From NCBI RefSeq assembly GCF_026571515.1, contig NW_026861259.1, forward strand, positions 1 to 64,000: DNA of 64,000 nt, read 5' to 3'. The translations under genes and the position numbers were made by a program. Positions 1 to 11,584 of this stretch are shown piece by piece (the first letter of the stretch is position 1; every line of letters begins with the position of its first letter). The notes beneath the pieces were generated by a model that saw only the letters and a program-made list of their open reading frames with translations, was not told the origin of the DNA and did not search any database. This stretch comes from Ruditapes philippinarum (taxonomy: Eukaryota).

Positions 1-261
1 TTTTAAGAATAATACTAAAACATATAAACTTAAAGAAAATTTCGATTAAAAATAATATTGACAGCTTTGATCATTTGGGAGAAAACGGCCTGACATAGAT
101 TATCTTTTTGATACTTCATTTAGTATAATGACCATAGGTACAGAATCATATATGTGTAGACATTAACTATGAACTACATAGCAATGGTACGTGCTTGAAC
201 AGTCATTCGAATGAACCAAAATTTATTTTACTAATAAGATTTACCTTTTAAAATTTGCAGT

Positions 262-2030
262 AGTAGTATAAAACTGGGGGGAGAAATCACCACCTAGGTG
301 GTTCTTGCTTCTTGGGTTACTGCGCATGCGTGAAAGGGGAGATAAACGTGAAAATATGTTCAATGGCCTCCTGGGGGGCCACTAGAACCAAAAACAGGTC
401 TTAACTCCATTGGCACCAAAAATTCCTGAAAGTCTGCGAGTGCCTCAGAATCAGTCGCAGACCACTAAAATGGACTCTAGAAGGTCCCCAGAAGTTAAAA
501 ATGTCATTATCTGCATTGGCACCAAAAATTCCTGAAATTCTGCGAGTGCCTCAGACGCAGTCGCAGACCACTAAAATGGACTCTAGAAGGTCCGCAGAAG
601 TCAAAAAATGTCATTATCTGCATTGGCACCAAAATTTCCTGAAAGTCTGCGAGTGTCTTAAGAATCAATCGCAGACCAATGAAATAGACTCGGGAGAATC
701 CCTAGATGCCAAAAATATCATTATCTGAATTGGCACCAAAATTTCCTGAAAGTCTGAGAGTACCTCAGACACAGTCGCAGACCACTAAAATGGACTCGGG
801 AGAGTCCCTAGAAGTCAAAACTACAATTATCTGCATTGGCACCAAAAATTCCTGAAAGTCTGAGAGTACCTCAGAATCAGTCGCAGACCTCTAAAATGGA
901 CTCTACAGGGTCGCTAGAAGTCAAAACTACAATTATCTGCATTGGCACCAAAAATTCCTGAAAGTCTGCGAGTGCCTCAGAATCAATCGCAGACCAATGA
1001 AATAGACTCGGGAGAGTACCTAGATGCCAAAAATGTCATTATCTGCATTGGCACTAAAATTTCCTGAAAGTCTGAGAGTACCTCAGACACAGTCGCAGAC
1101 CACTAAAATGGACTCGGGAGAGTCCCTAGAAGTCAAAACTACAATTATCTGCATTGGCACCAAAAATTCCTGAAAGTCTGCGAGTGCCTCAGAATCAATC
1201 GCAGACCAGTAATATGTACTCTAGAAGGTCCCCAGAAGTCAAAAATGTCATTATCTGCATTAGCACCAACAATTCCTGAAAGTCTGAGAGTACCTCAGAT
1301 ACAGTCGCAGACCAGTAAAATGGACTTTAGAAGGTACCCAGAAGTGAAAATGTCATTATCTGCATTGGCACTAAAAATTCCTGAAAGTCTGCGAGTGCCC
1401 CAGACTCTAGAAGGTCCTTAAAAGTAAAAAAAAAAAAAAAAAATGTCATTATCTGCATTGGCACTAAAAAATCCTGAATGTCTGCGAGTACCTAAGAATC
1501 ACTCGCAGACCAGTAAAAAATGGTCTCTGGAAGATTCCTAGAGCTCAAAAATGTCATGATCATAGACCCAGTCTTAACCTCATAGACATCAAGAATCCTG
1601 AAAGTCTACGAGAATGCAACCAAACTATTCTATGACTTGAATACACTGAGAATTTTTGAAATGTCATTTTCCCACGATGTCTTCAAGTAATTTACATTTT
1701 TTGAACGTTCATTTACATTTAAAAAGGGTGTAAATTAAAACCACTCTATTAATAAAGAAACCTATTTCCTGCGCTGAATAGAAAATAACAAGATAAATAT
1801 CATAATTTTCATTAAAATGTAAATTTTATACAGGTGTGAGGGGTCTATAACCTCGTCCATCAAATACGGCTATTGAAACGTTGACAAACTTAATTACCCC
1901 ATTTCCCGTGTTTGAAAAGGTAGTATGATACACACCCGCTGATTTATAATTAAAATGTAAATTGTATACATATATGGTATGATACTACCCGCTGATTATA
2001 AAAAAGTAAAAAGTAAATTGTATACAGATA
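262..2030 (+). repeat. Left terminal inverted repeat region: near-perfect tip, ~106-bp array, degenerate inner segment
   Basis: 262-439 is the reverse complement of ~15759-15937 with about 1 substitution and 1 indel. ~1650-2030 is a diverged inverted copy of ~15195-15505. Inner boundary approximate. Confidence 0.9.
408..1560 (+). repeat. ~106-107-bp tandem repeat array, about 11 copies, inside left TIR
   Basis: CATTGGCACCAAAAATTCCTGAAAGTCTGCGAG...GCAGACCACTAAAATGGACTC...AAAAATGTCATTATCTG recurs at ~106-bp spacing (about 411, 517, 624, 731, 837, 944, 1049, 1155, 1261, 1366, 1459). Confidence 0.95.
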
Positions 2031-2261
2031 TGGTCTATTTTCCCACGAGAAAATATTTGTTAAAAAAGTGTCTCTGGCAACCCAAATATTTCATTCTTTC
2101 AGTCGAACTTAAATAGTGAACATCTTAAAGCAAGTTAAATGTTTGAAAATATTATACGAAATATACTCGGATATAATAGTGTTTAAGTTACTGTTTTTAT
2201 CAAAAACACATTGTATTAAAGATTTTGGCTTATCTGTGTATAGTGCATTTTACTTACAAAC

Positions 2262-2783
2262 ATGAAAAGAAGTCATAGTAGTGATGCTTCAAGTGATAGC
2301 AGTGATGAAGAAACTTACGGACAGATGTGTGAGAATGAAAAAGATAAAGAAAAGTTACTGTCCTGTCAAGTGTGTTTTAAAAAATATAAAAACAGACAAA
2401 CGTTAAAACGTCACATGCAAACTCACATAAGCAATCGTAAATGTGAATTGTGTGAAAAAGCATTTACGAGACTAGAGAGCTTACGAAAACACCAAAAGAA
2501 CATTCATGGAATACATCACGAGAAGAAGCAAAGCACGACTTCTTTCCTTTGTGAATTGTGTAACAAATGTTTTAAAACGAAATATAATCTTGTGCGACAC
2601 AAAAGTAAGGTGCATCAGTCTGCTACTCCTAAGCAGCAACAAAATCAGTTTTCCTGCCGACATTGTGAGATGGAATTTTAAAGTTACGACAAATTATTTC
2701 GTCATGTAACTCAGAGACATCCATTAAATCAACAAGGAGGAAGGAGTGCGGAAAGATCTCGCACACTTGATGTAAACGAGCCC
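2262..2783 (+). CDS. C2H2 zinc-finger array (4 fingers), probable N-terminus of pPolB, interrupted by TAA at 2679-2681
   Basis: Fingers are CQVC..HMQTH, CELC..HQKNIH, CELC..HKSKVH and CRHCEMEF*SYDKLFRHVTQRH, the last spanning the stop. The frame stays open from 2682 into the pPolB ATG at 2784 (same frame). Confidence 0.85.
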
Positions 2784-5700
2784 ATGCAGGATCACACTGA
2801 ACTGCAAGTCAATGTTGCAAATGATAAGACTGAGGCTGACGATGTTGCAGTCCATAAACAACGTCCTGAAAATCAGTTACATGAAACCACTGATGAATCA
2901 GCTTTGAGGAACGGCGTGCAGAACAGACATATTTATCCAAGAGGCAGTGAGAGATACGATTTAATGATTTTTTTCGGTAACATCCGAGATCAAATCACCA
3001 CATTTTTACGCAATCGTGTACGCATACTTGGAGGTATTAAATGGAACCTATGCGTGCAAATAGAAATGCAGAGAGATGATGGAGAAGACGCTACAGTTAC
3101 AGCGCCATTTTTTAGAAGTCGTACTTACTTCACTTTGTCGGCGGAGGATCTAAATGAGCATGACTTGAACGAGGCTATGCAAAAGATGTACGCGAGTCTT
3201 GAAAAATACATACGTGAAGGGTCGGGCTGGTATGTTAAAAAAGTTTTGAAACTCGAAATTCATACTGTGGTATACAAACCTGTAAACGGCTCTGCTTACA
3301 TTCCTTTACCAAAGTCACTGACCTTAAGTCACAGTCTATTGAACATTGAAAACGACGACGATAGATGCTTCTTGTACTGCCTACTTGCTTCTCTACATCC
3401 AACACAGACAGAGCCAGAACGTGTAGATAACTATTACCAGCATGAGAGTGAAGTCGACATGCGCGGTATCACTTATCCCGTTACTATACCGCAAATACGC
3501 AAGGTGGAAAATCAAAATCAAAATATGTCCATCAACGTATTTACCTGCGAAGAAGATTTGATCGTACCTCTAAGGATCACAGAGCATCGTCATCGTTTAC
3601 ATCACGTGAATTTATTGTGGTTGACCTGTGGAGAAAAGTCTCATTATTACTTAATTATGGACTTGAACCGCTTTCTGTCACGCTCAAAAACACATCGCGC
3701 TCAGATGTATTTTTGTTCTTATTGCTTGCACGGATTTTGGAAAGAAAAGTCCTTACAGGAACATGAACAATTTTGTTCAACCCATGTAGCGCAAAGAATA
3801 GAACTTCCTGTAAGCGGTAAAAATGATATTCTTGAATTTAAGGATTACGAAAAAACTTTGAAAGTCCCCTTCGTCATCTATGCCGATTTTGAAACGATTA
3901 ACAGAAAGCTGCACACCTGCGCTCCAAATCCTAAGCATTCCTCCACCACAGCGACAACAAAACTCGAAGTCTGCGGATTCGGATATAAAGTGGTGTGTGA
4001 AGATGAGAAATACACCAAACCTGCTGTCATTTACAGAGGTGAAAATGCCGGGATGAAAATGATTGAATGCTTGTTACAAGAGCAGGAGGAAATAAAAGAG
4101 ATACTTTCAACCATTGAACCTATGCATTTGACAGAAGAACACGATGACCTCATTGAAAACGCCACACACTGCTGCATTTGTAAAAAAGATTTCTCCATTA
4201 ATGATAAGGGCTATGGAAAAATAGTCAGACATCATAACCATCTGACAGGGGAGATCATTGGTCCAGCTTGTAACAAGTGTAACCTTAATTGTGAGCAGGC
4301 AAAATTTACTCCTGTGATATTTCATAACCTGAGAAACTTTGACGCGCATATTTTATGCGAAAGCCTCGGCCTGTTTAAAGACTTTCCTCTCAGATGCATT
4401 GCTCAGAATTCTGAACGTTATGTCAGTTTTTCTCTCGGTAAGCTTAGATTTATCGATAGCTTCCAGTTTCTTCCCGCCTCATTAGAAAGTTTGGTAGACA
4501 ATCTAGCGCAAGATGGATTACAAGCGTTTCCATCCCTTCTGTCAGAATGCAACTCTGAGGAGGAAGCCGAGCTCCTGCTTCGAAAGGGAGTCTATCCTTA
4601 TGACTATATGGACTCCTTCGACAAGTTTGACGAGTCATCACTACCATTAAAAGAAGAGTTCTATTCCACCATTAAAAAAGAACATATTTCGGGGGAAGAT
4701 TACGATCATGCGCAGGCTGTTTTTGATAGATTTAGTATGACGTCATTAGGAGAGTACCACGATCTCTATTTGAAAACGGATGTACTGTTACTGACTGATG
4801 TATTTGAGTCCTTTCGAGAGGTATGCTTGACACAGTATGAGCTGGATCCCTGTCATTTCTATACATCACCAGGTTTATCGTGGTCGGCTTTACTGAAGAA
4901 AACGGAAGTTCAGCTGGAATTACTCACAGATATTGATAAAATACTCATGGTGGAGGCTGGCATTCGCGGAGGTTTGTCACAGATCTCCAATAGATACAAG
5001 AAGGCCAACAATCCATATCTGGAGGAATATGACACATCTAAACCCCTGACCTACTTACAATATTTAGATGCCAATAATCTCTACGGGTGGGCTATGGTAC
5101 AGCCCCTTCCCATAAGCGACTTTAATTTCATGGAAAAAGAAGAAATTGGAAACTTTGATGTCATGTCTATTCCAGAGACTGGAGACTTTGGCTATATACT
5201 TGAGGTATCACTTCACTATCCTCACAGGTTACATGACCTTCACAATTGCCTCCCTTTAGCGCCAGAGCAGAAGGTTATCTCCAATGAGCAACTCTCACCA
5301 TATGCGCAACAATTGTTAAGAAAAGTGTATGGTTTAAACGATGCTGATCCATTACCTACACGAGGTCAAGAAGGGAAGTTACTGGCGACTTTAGAGGACA
5401 AAAATAAGTACATCCTGCATTACAGGAACTTACAGTTATACTTACTGCTAGGGATGGAACTCAAAGCTGTCCACAGAATTTTAAAATTCAGACAAGAAGC
5501 CTGGATGAAACCTTACATCGACTTTAATACAGAGATGCGTAAGAAGGCCACTTCCAACTTTCAGAAGAACTTTTACAAATTGATGAACGTTTCCGTCTTT
5601 GGGAAGGTCAGTGTGTGTAATTGTTTTTTATAATGTCTTTAGATATTTTTACGAAGTTTCACCGTTAATAATTTTATTATGAACAAAAAAATCTTTTTTT

Positions 5701-6890
5701 ATTTATAATTTATTAATCATTGAGAAAAAAAAATCAGAAAACTTTATACGTTTTTAATAAATTATTCTTTTCGTTTTTATTGTCAGTGGAAATAGAATTT
5801 GAGCTACTCTTTTTTATTTTTTTTATCACTCTTTTTTAAGACCATGGAAAATGTGAGGCGTCATAAAAACATTGAGCTGGTGCATACAGAAGAAAGACTT
5901 TTAAAAGTCACTGCAAAACCAACCTACAAAAATACAACCATCTTCAATGAAGACCTCGTAGCCGTTGAACTGCACAGAGCAAAAGTTGACTTGTTCAAAC
6001 CTATCTACTGTGGCATGTCCATACTAGGTGTGCGCTATTTTTTCTTTTTTTTTTTGTTCTTGTAATAATATTTTTACATTCTTAAATAATATTCTACAGT
6101 TTTTTTAACAGTCTTTTTTTTTTTAAAATGAAGCGTGTTTTTACGACTTCCATGAATTAATTAATTTATTCATTTATTTTCAGACTTAAGCAAATGTCTT
6201 ATGTACGACTTTTGGTACAATTACATCAAAAAGCGGTATGAGCAATCAGCTCAGCTTCAAATGACGGATACAGACAGCGTCTTATTTTCTTGTGAAACTG
6301 AAGATATGTATAAAGACATGGAATCCTCTGCAGAGTTCTTTGATACGTCTGATTATCCAAGAGAACACTTCCTTCACAGCGATAGGAATAAAAAAGTTCT
6401 TGGCAAAATGAAGGACGAGACCAATGGGAAACCTATTTCTGAATTTGTTGGTCTTAGATCTAAAATGTACAGTTTTGTGTGTGATAAAAAGGAAGAAAAA
6501 CGTGCTAAGGGTATCGCTAAGGTTACAGTAAAAAAGGATTTGAAACACGCGCACTATAAAAATACTCTTTTAGATGAGACCAGTGTTGTTTCTTCTATGT
6601 CATCCCTGAGGAGCCACAAGCATGAACTTTTTGGCGAAACTATTCAGAAAACGGGATTATCCGCCTTTGACGACAAGAGATATCTCATTAATGCGGTGGA
6701 TAGTTATGCGTATGGACACTATAAAATCTCTGACGATAGTGTTGATATGGCGCCTGAAAGTGATGCACAGACATTTACAGTTGCGCCTGTAGAGGACTAT
6801 TCAACCAATCATGCTGCTCGTTATCAAATGCTAGAGGAAAATGCATTTACGATTGGTGACTTTAAAATCACTCCTTGTATTAAACAGTAA
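2784..6890 (+). CDS. polB: Protein-primed family B DNA polymerase (pPolB), spliced; exons 2784(or 2262)-5606, 5841-6027, 6184-6890
   Basis: ExoI YADFE, ExoII FHNLRNFD, ExoIII YLKTDV, motif A YLDANNLYG, motif B KLMNVSVFGK|TMENVR, GMSIL|DLSKCLMYDF, motif C TDTDS. Also an N-terminal NDDDRCF..SHY (vOTU-like) region and an EndoVII-like CxxC..HHNH..CxxC insert. 1238 aa from 2784, or 1412 aa with the zinc-finger extension. Confidence 0.95.
5607..5840 (+). other. Spliceosomal intron 1 of pPolB (234 bp, phase 0)
   Basis: AAG|GTCAGT ... CTTTTTTAAG|ACC. AT-rich with a pyrimidine tract. Splicing gives FGK-TMENVR. Confidence 0.93.
6028..6183 (+). other. Spliceosomal intron 2 of pPolB (156 bp, phase 1)
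   Basis: CTAG|GTGTGC ... TTATTTTCAG|AC. Splicing gives SIL-D-LSKCLMYDFWY, in frame with the 6201 ORF. Confidence 0.92.
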
Positions 6891-6914
6891 ATACTCATTT
6901 TGTATCTATGTACA

Positions 6915-7005
6915 AATAAATTATATTTCTATTTAACAAATGAACTATACTAGATATCAATAAAATAATGACAAACTATCGTCTGATTTTTTCTCCCTAT
7001 TTATT
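6915..7005. terminator. Convergent polyadenylation signals
   Basis: AATAAA on + at 6915-6920 after the pPolB stop, and AATAAA on - at 7000-7005 just past the reconstructed protease stop (7029). Confidence 0.55.
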
Positions 7006-7028
7006 TATATATAAAACGTATTGAATAA

Positions 7029-7547
7029 TTAAAAGCATCCTTTTAAAAAGCTACATGCCTGATTAAAATGTTCATTCCCTATACAGTGGGAGTATGCTTG
7101 CAACATCGTGCCAGCCACATAATTGTCATTAGAATCTAAAGTGAATCCATCAAATCAATTTATAATGTCTTGATATGTATATCCAACGAGTCTTTGATGG
7201 AGAAACAATATACAATATAGTCCACATAATAATGAGTGATCACCCTGAATTTGAACATGATTTGACTGTAAACTGTATGCTTTCATGTCTAACCAACGCT
7301 GAAAATAATGGCTGTTTTGACTTGGCGTTCTTCCATAACTGTCAAAAAATTCCACATCTCCTTGAACATCGCTGAAAAAGGCGCACCAATGTTTTCCTGG
7401 TTTTGTATGAATGTCAGTGTTAGCAATAAATCCATAGGGTGTTCTTGGAAGTTGCCTAGGAAGTTTGTCTGCAGCAAAAACGCCGATGATTCGTCCATTT
7501 AAAACTGGATCACAATTAATCATGCATTCCAACTGTGACGTATTCAT
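7029..7547 (-). pseudogene. Adenain-like (Ulp1/C5 family) cysteine maturation protease, premature TGA at 7155-7157
   Basis: MNTSQL..GVFAADKLP..IANTD..PGKHW..EFFDSYG..QIQ..CGLYC gives the H/D/Q/C catalytic set. The frame continues past the TGA (FDGFTLDSNDNYV...GCF*) to 7029. Confidence 0.9.
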
Positions 7548-7551
7548 TTGT

Positions 7552-9046
7552 TTATGGAATAATAATATCTCTTTCGTGATTGATTTCAAAATAGCCAGGC
7601 CCTTCGCTGTAGGCAAGGCAGCTTATAGGTTCTGAAATACGATAAAAACAAAAAAAAATCATAAGTAAAAGGGTTTTTTTCTATAAGAATTCAAGACTTG
7701 AAGTAAAATAATATCTAAACAGGAAAACTTACATATATGTATATATATATTAAAAACTAAATACATTGAAACTAAAATAAAATTAGAAAAAAAATATTCT
7801 TACCTGTTAATGGCGTCTTGAAGACCACATCTAGCCGCACATTCCCCGTCTTTACAAGAGACAGATATTCTCCGTGATGTGAAAAGTTGGGCTCTAACTG
7901 GAACACGAACAAGGTTGAGCCGCTTAAATAGTGGCTCCTGTCTAGGAGATTGCCTTCGTCCTGTCTCCACTTTCCACTGGATAGAAGCAAGTTGGTGTAG
8001 GCGCGCATGATTGCCGTGCCTCCAGCAGCGTCAAAATCAAGTTTCAATGGATTTCCTCCAATGGGCAGTCCATCGCAGTATATGGCAATTTGTTGAATGG
8101 AGCAATTCTCAAAGTTGAAAGGGTTGGTCTTGTAATCACCGCTTAACGCCCTGCTTTTGACAAATCCCAAGATGATTTTGTTGGGACGTCTTCCTTGAAA
8201 CATATTTTCCCAGCTATAATTGGTTAAGCCAGTAGACATGCTCACTGATCTCACCTCCACTTTATCGTAGGGGTATAAGGCGTTCTGTTTCTCCAAAATC
8301 TTAGAATGCCCGTAGATGACGGCAGGGTTTACTCTGATTTTTCTAGCGAGAATATAGATATCCTCGATATTCACTTTGTAATGACTACCATCTCCAGTGA
8401 GCAGACAAAATTCGGGTGGACTTCTATACAGTTTCACTTTCACATCTACTTGATTTATCAAATATCTCTCCATGGAAAACAAGTCGTGAAAAATAGGTCC
8501 TTGCAAGTCAACGCGTTTAGATTCGCCGATGATTTGGGCTCTCAGAAACAGGCCGTTGTTATTTCCGTTGGGATCTGTCACTCCTGGACTGTCTGCATCG
8601 TCTCTGATAAAAAGCTGCGTATCCAGCTGACTGGTTATCGCGTCTGATCCATAATTCAGAAGCGTTTGCATGTAAGCTCTATAGGGGTTGTAATTACACG
8701 TGATGGTGGCTTTGTTTTGCAAAGTGACTTCAGCCGTTGAAAATAGTGACTGAAGAAACAGATTGGCAGGCCCCACCTTCTCCACCTTTACATTCGTGAG
8801 AGCCGTCCCATCTGACTTTTCTACCTTTAGTCGCACATAGATTTGTGAATTTTTCAAGTCCAGATAATCCATAGAGTTTTGCCCGCTGATTTTAAACTCA
8901 AAAGGGCTATCGCCAGACACCTGAGATAGTGGCCGAATTTCATCGTAGTAAATATCATTCACACTCGTTTGTGTGCTGGGCAAATCAAACAAAGCCAGCT
9001 CAGACACAAGTCCTTCTTTAAACTTCTCTTCATTGAACACTGACAT
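7552..9046 (-). CDS. Major capsid protein (double jelly-roll), spliced; exons 9046-7804 and 7631-7552; 440 aa
   Basis: SELALFDLPSTQTSV..EIRPL..PFEFKISG..YLDL, NPFNFEN and GNVRLDVVF motifs. Spliced C-terminus EPISCLAYSEGPGYFEINHERDIIIP matches the typical Polinton MCP end. Confidence 0.93.
7632..7803 (-). other. Spliceosomal intron in MCP (172 bp, phase 1)
   Basis: Minus strand ACAG|GTAAGA ... TTTTTATCGTATTTCAG|AA. Confidence 0.9.
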
Positions 9047-9049
9047 TCT

Positions 9050-9488
9050 TTAGTTGATTTCAAATATATCCTTTTCCCTTTTTGCGCGCGATTTTGTCTT
9101 TCCCTTTGAAAATGTTTTTTTCTTGGATTGTGTCTTTTTCTTGCCACTACCACGTTGACGTTTAAGTCCTTTATACGATTTTTTGCTAGTTTTCTTGCGC
9201 TTAGTTCCACGTCTCTGCTGCCTAGATGAAGACTGAAGCATGTCAACAACACTCGCTGGATTTATATCCTCCCTCTCTAGCTCAGATTTAGCTTGAGCAG
9301 TCGTTTGTTCTGCTGGTAATACCGCCTTTAGTGGATACACTTTATTACTGTCCACAGCTTTATATTCGTCCACAGGAATGACAGAAAAAACACCTCCCAC
9401 CTCCTGATTGGTTTAATGTCGTTTTTCCACTGCTGACACGATCAAAAAAATCCACCCACTTTTGTGGATTAGGCACATACAATTTCAT
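9050..9488 (-). pseudogene. Basic core-like virion protein, +1 frameshift near 9390
   Basis: ATG at 9488 gives MKLYVPNPQKWVDFFDRVSSGKTTLNQSGGGR. One extra T in a T-run shifts into SVIPVD..PAEQTTAQAKSEL..K/R-rich tail. Lies between minor and major capsid genes. Confidence 0.7.
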
Positions 9489-9491
9489 GTT

Positions 9492-9923
9492 TTAGTAAAA
9501 TGGATATTGCTTCAAATGAAGTGTTAGGTGCAATGGTGATTTTAAATATGACGGGTAACTACCATCTCCAAGCTTTATATAGATCTGAAATTCTCGCAGC
9601 TCCTTCCTTTTCACGGGTAGATAGTAAGGCGTGTTGAACATATAATTCCAACCGTTTCTTTCGTTTTTATCCAGCCGTCGCAACAGCGGTTGTTCCGCGC
9701 CATGCACAATACTTTCTTTGCAAAGGTCCGTGTAAATGTATAGGCTGTCCGTCGTTTTAGTTCTAGACTTAGAATCGTCTGCAGCGTTAAACTCTGTGAG
9801 CGCGACTGCCCATTTACCATTTAAAGTCAATGACATATTTAAATGCACTTTAAATCTGTACACTTCATTGTCAGAAAAGTAGTTGTCACTGTCGTCACTT
9901 TTGATGTATAAATATTTATCCAT
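9492..9923 (-). CDS. Minor capsid protein (penton, single jelly-roll)
   Basis: YLYIKSDDSDNYFSDN..FKVHL..WAVALTE..LYIYTDLCKESIV..PLLR..YYLPV..LTLHLK pattern and position in the morphogenesis module. Confidence 0.85.
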   Translation of the reverse strand: MDKYLYIKSDDSDNYFSDNEVYRFKVHLNMSLTLNGKWAVALTEFNAADDSKSRTKTTDSLYIYTDLCKESIVHGAEQPLLRRLDKNERNGWNYMFNTPYYLPVKRKELREFQIYIKLGDGSYPSYLKSPLHLTLHLKQYPFY

Positions 9924-10002
9924 GGTGTTTATGGAACGCGTTCCAAAACGTCTTTGATGTTAGTTGAAATTGATGCAACTATTTAATTTAGAAAACTAAT
10001 CG

Positions 10003-10356
10003 TTATTCGTCTGCCATATACATCGTGTCACTTTCAGCAGCTATGGTTTGGTAAATGTACTGAGGACGTAGTACTCTAGCTAGCAATGAATGATGTCTAA
10101 GTAGCGCTCTCATTTTTCTTCGTGTGTTTACTTGCCTAGACCCTATAGTTCTCATGGTGAGTTTTTGATCTTCAAAGATATAAGCATCGCGCTGGTTAAT
10201 GGGGATAGACCTAGTTGTTAATCTTCTCATAATTTCAGCAATGGCATCTATTTGTCCAGCAGTTATTTGACGAATTAAATGACGACGAGCACTTGCTACC
10301 GCATTTTTTAAGCTAAACAAATAATTCAGTTCTTGAAACACTCGCGAGCGTTCCAT
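10003..10356 (-). CDS. Small basic helical Polinton protein of unknown function; paralogue of 11967-12278
   Basis: ATG ORF in the packed gene block. LIRQITAGQIDAIAEI..IPINQRD..QKLTMR aligns without gaps to the 103-aa ORF. Confidence 0.75.
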   Translation of the reverse strand: MERSRVFQELNYLFSLKNAVASARRHLIRQITAGQIDAIAEIMRRLTTRSIPINQRDAYIFEDQKLTMRTIGSRQVNTRRKMRALLRHHSLLARVLRPQYIYQTIAAESDTMYMADE

Positions 10357-10371
10357 GATAACATAAGATGT

Positions 10372-11485
10372 TTATGCTTTACCTTCAGACACGTCTTTGA
10401 CGTCGTCAGCATCTACCCAGCTATTAAACGTTTTAGGGAAGCCTTGCCATTCCACAAAATATTGCAGTTTCTTATTTCTTTTTCGTCTTCTTAATATACG
10501 TTCTATGAACCATAAACTATTTTCATCTTTGTTTACCTTTTGAAGTTCGCCTGTGTAAAACAAACCCTTTTATACTGTCACCTTTTAAATCTGTTATCTT
10601 GTACATGGGAATACCTTGTTTTAGAATTCTTCCCGCCACTTTAAACACTTCTGTGGTGTATTGTTCTTGATAAGCACGTTGAAAGGGTTGTTTTGTGAAA
10701 CTAATACGTACAAGATCTCCCACTTTAAACTGAAAACTAGGCTTTGCTGTTCTTGTTTTTGACTTTTTCAAATACATTCGCGCCCACACATTAGCTTCAT
10801 TTCCTTTGTTCACATCGTTTGGAGCTAATCCATGTAACCCCCTGTGAGGAGTAGCGTTGTAGCTGGCTACCACATCTTGTAGATCATCGATATATCGATA
10901 GGTTCTATTGTGTCTCATCATTCTATACAATTTCTCTTTCAGTGTCCTCTGAACTCTTTCCACAAAGTTACTTTTGGGAGGATTGTTTGTGGTGAAAAAG
11001 TCCTTCATATACTTCTTAAACCACTGGTTGGAAAACTCGCTCCCTTTATCCGCGCGAACTTTCTGAATTTTCGTTGGAGAAATGTCCTGCAGAATGTCTT
11101 TCATAGCTTTTAAAACCACCTTGGCCGTCTTGTTTTTTAGAGGTCTTACCCAAAGTTTTCTAGATAAGATGTCAATGACGCAAAGCAGGAATCGTACGCC
11201 ATCATTTTCGTCAGCTAGATTCGCCATGGACAGAAGATCTATATCTAGCTGTTCCCCAATAGAGGTGACACGCACATTCGCCGTCTTAAATTTGTGTCTT
11301 CTGGTTTTCTGCAGTGAATAAGCGTCTTGGTCGTTGAGCCATTGTTTGATGTAAGCTTTTGTAAATACTCCTGAATATTTCTTATCAAGAACTTGGAACA
11401 CCTTTTGAGCACCCGCATACGCGGCGGGATTTTTTGTCTCAAAATAATACTTTTGTAAAATGTTATTTTTCTCTTTCTCATCCAT
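10372..11485 (-). pseudogene. Retroviral-like DDE integrase (c-integrase) with C-terminal chromodomain, +1 frameshift near 10563
   Basis: LDIDL, RADKGSEF, VERVQRTLK and YNATPH motifs. GGG-T-TTG-TTT-TAC: removing one T joins IKG to LFYTGELQKV..IERILRRR..YFVEWQGFPKTFNSWV (chromodomain). Confidence 0.93.
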
Positions 11486-11584
11486 GTTATTCAGTTACTG
11501 TTATTCTCACGAAATGAACGAAAGCTTTACATGGTTTCCTTATTTGAACTGGACTATGTTTTTTTTTTCTTTCACCTTTTCACA

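Noticed and set aside
501-728. 75-aa ORF (and 15836-16129 at the other end)
   Set aside because: Chance frames through TIR repeats or antisense to the C1qDC exon; no protein motifs.
408-1560. CRISPR-like array
   Set aside because: Whole 106-bp units repeat with no unique spacers, there are no cas genes, and the context is a eukaryotic TIR.
2679-2684. Programmed stop-codon readthrough between ZnF and pPolB
   Set aside because: The TAA-AGT context is not a known readthrough signal, and other genes carry similar random lesions, so simple mutation is more likely.
5799-6890. Separate 88-aa and 229-aa genes, or a fragmented polymerase
   Set aside because: They are exons 2 and 3 of pPolB. The F-rich ends of the 88-aa ORF are translated intron pyrimidine tracts.
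7548-7616. N-terminal extension MPTAKG... of the protease ORF
   Set aside because: Non-ATG start overlapping MCP exon 2; the real start is the ATG at 7547.
10555-10570. Programmed ribosomal frameshift between integrase and chromodomain
   Set aside because: Needs a +1 shift, GGGTTTG is not in the -1 slippery register, and homologues are continuous ORFs.
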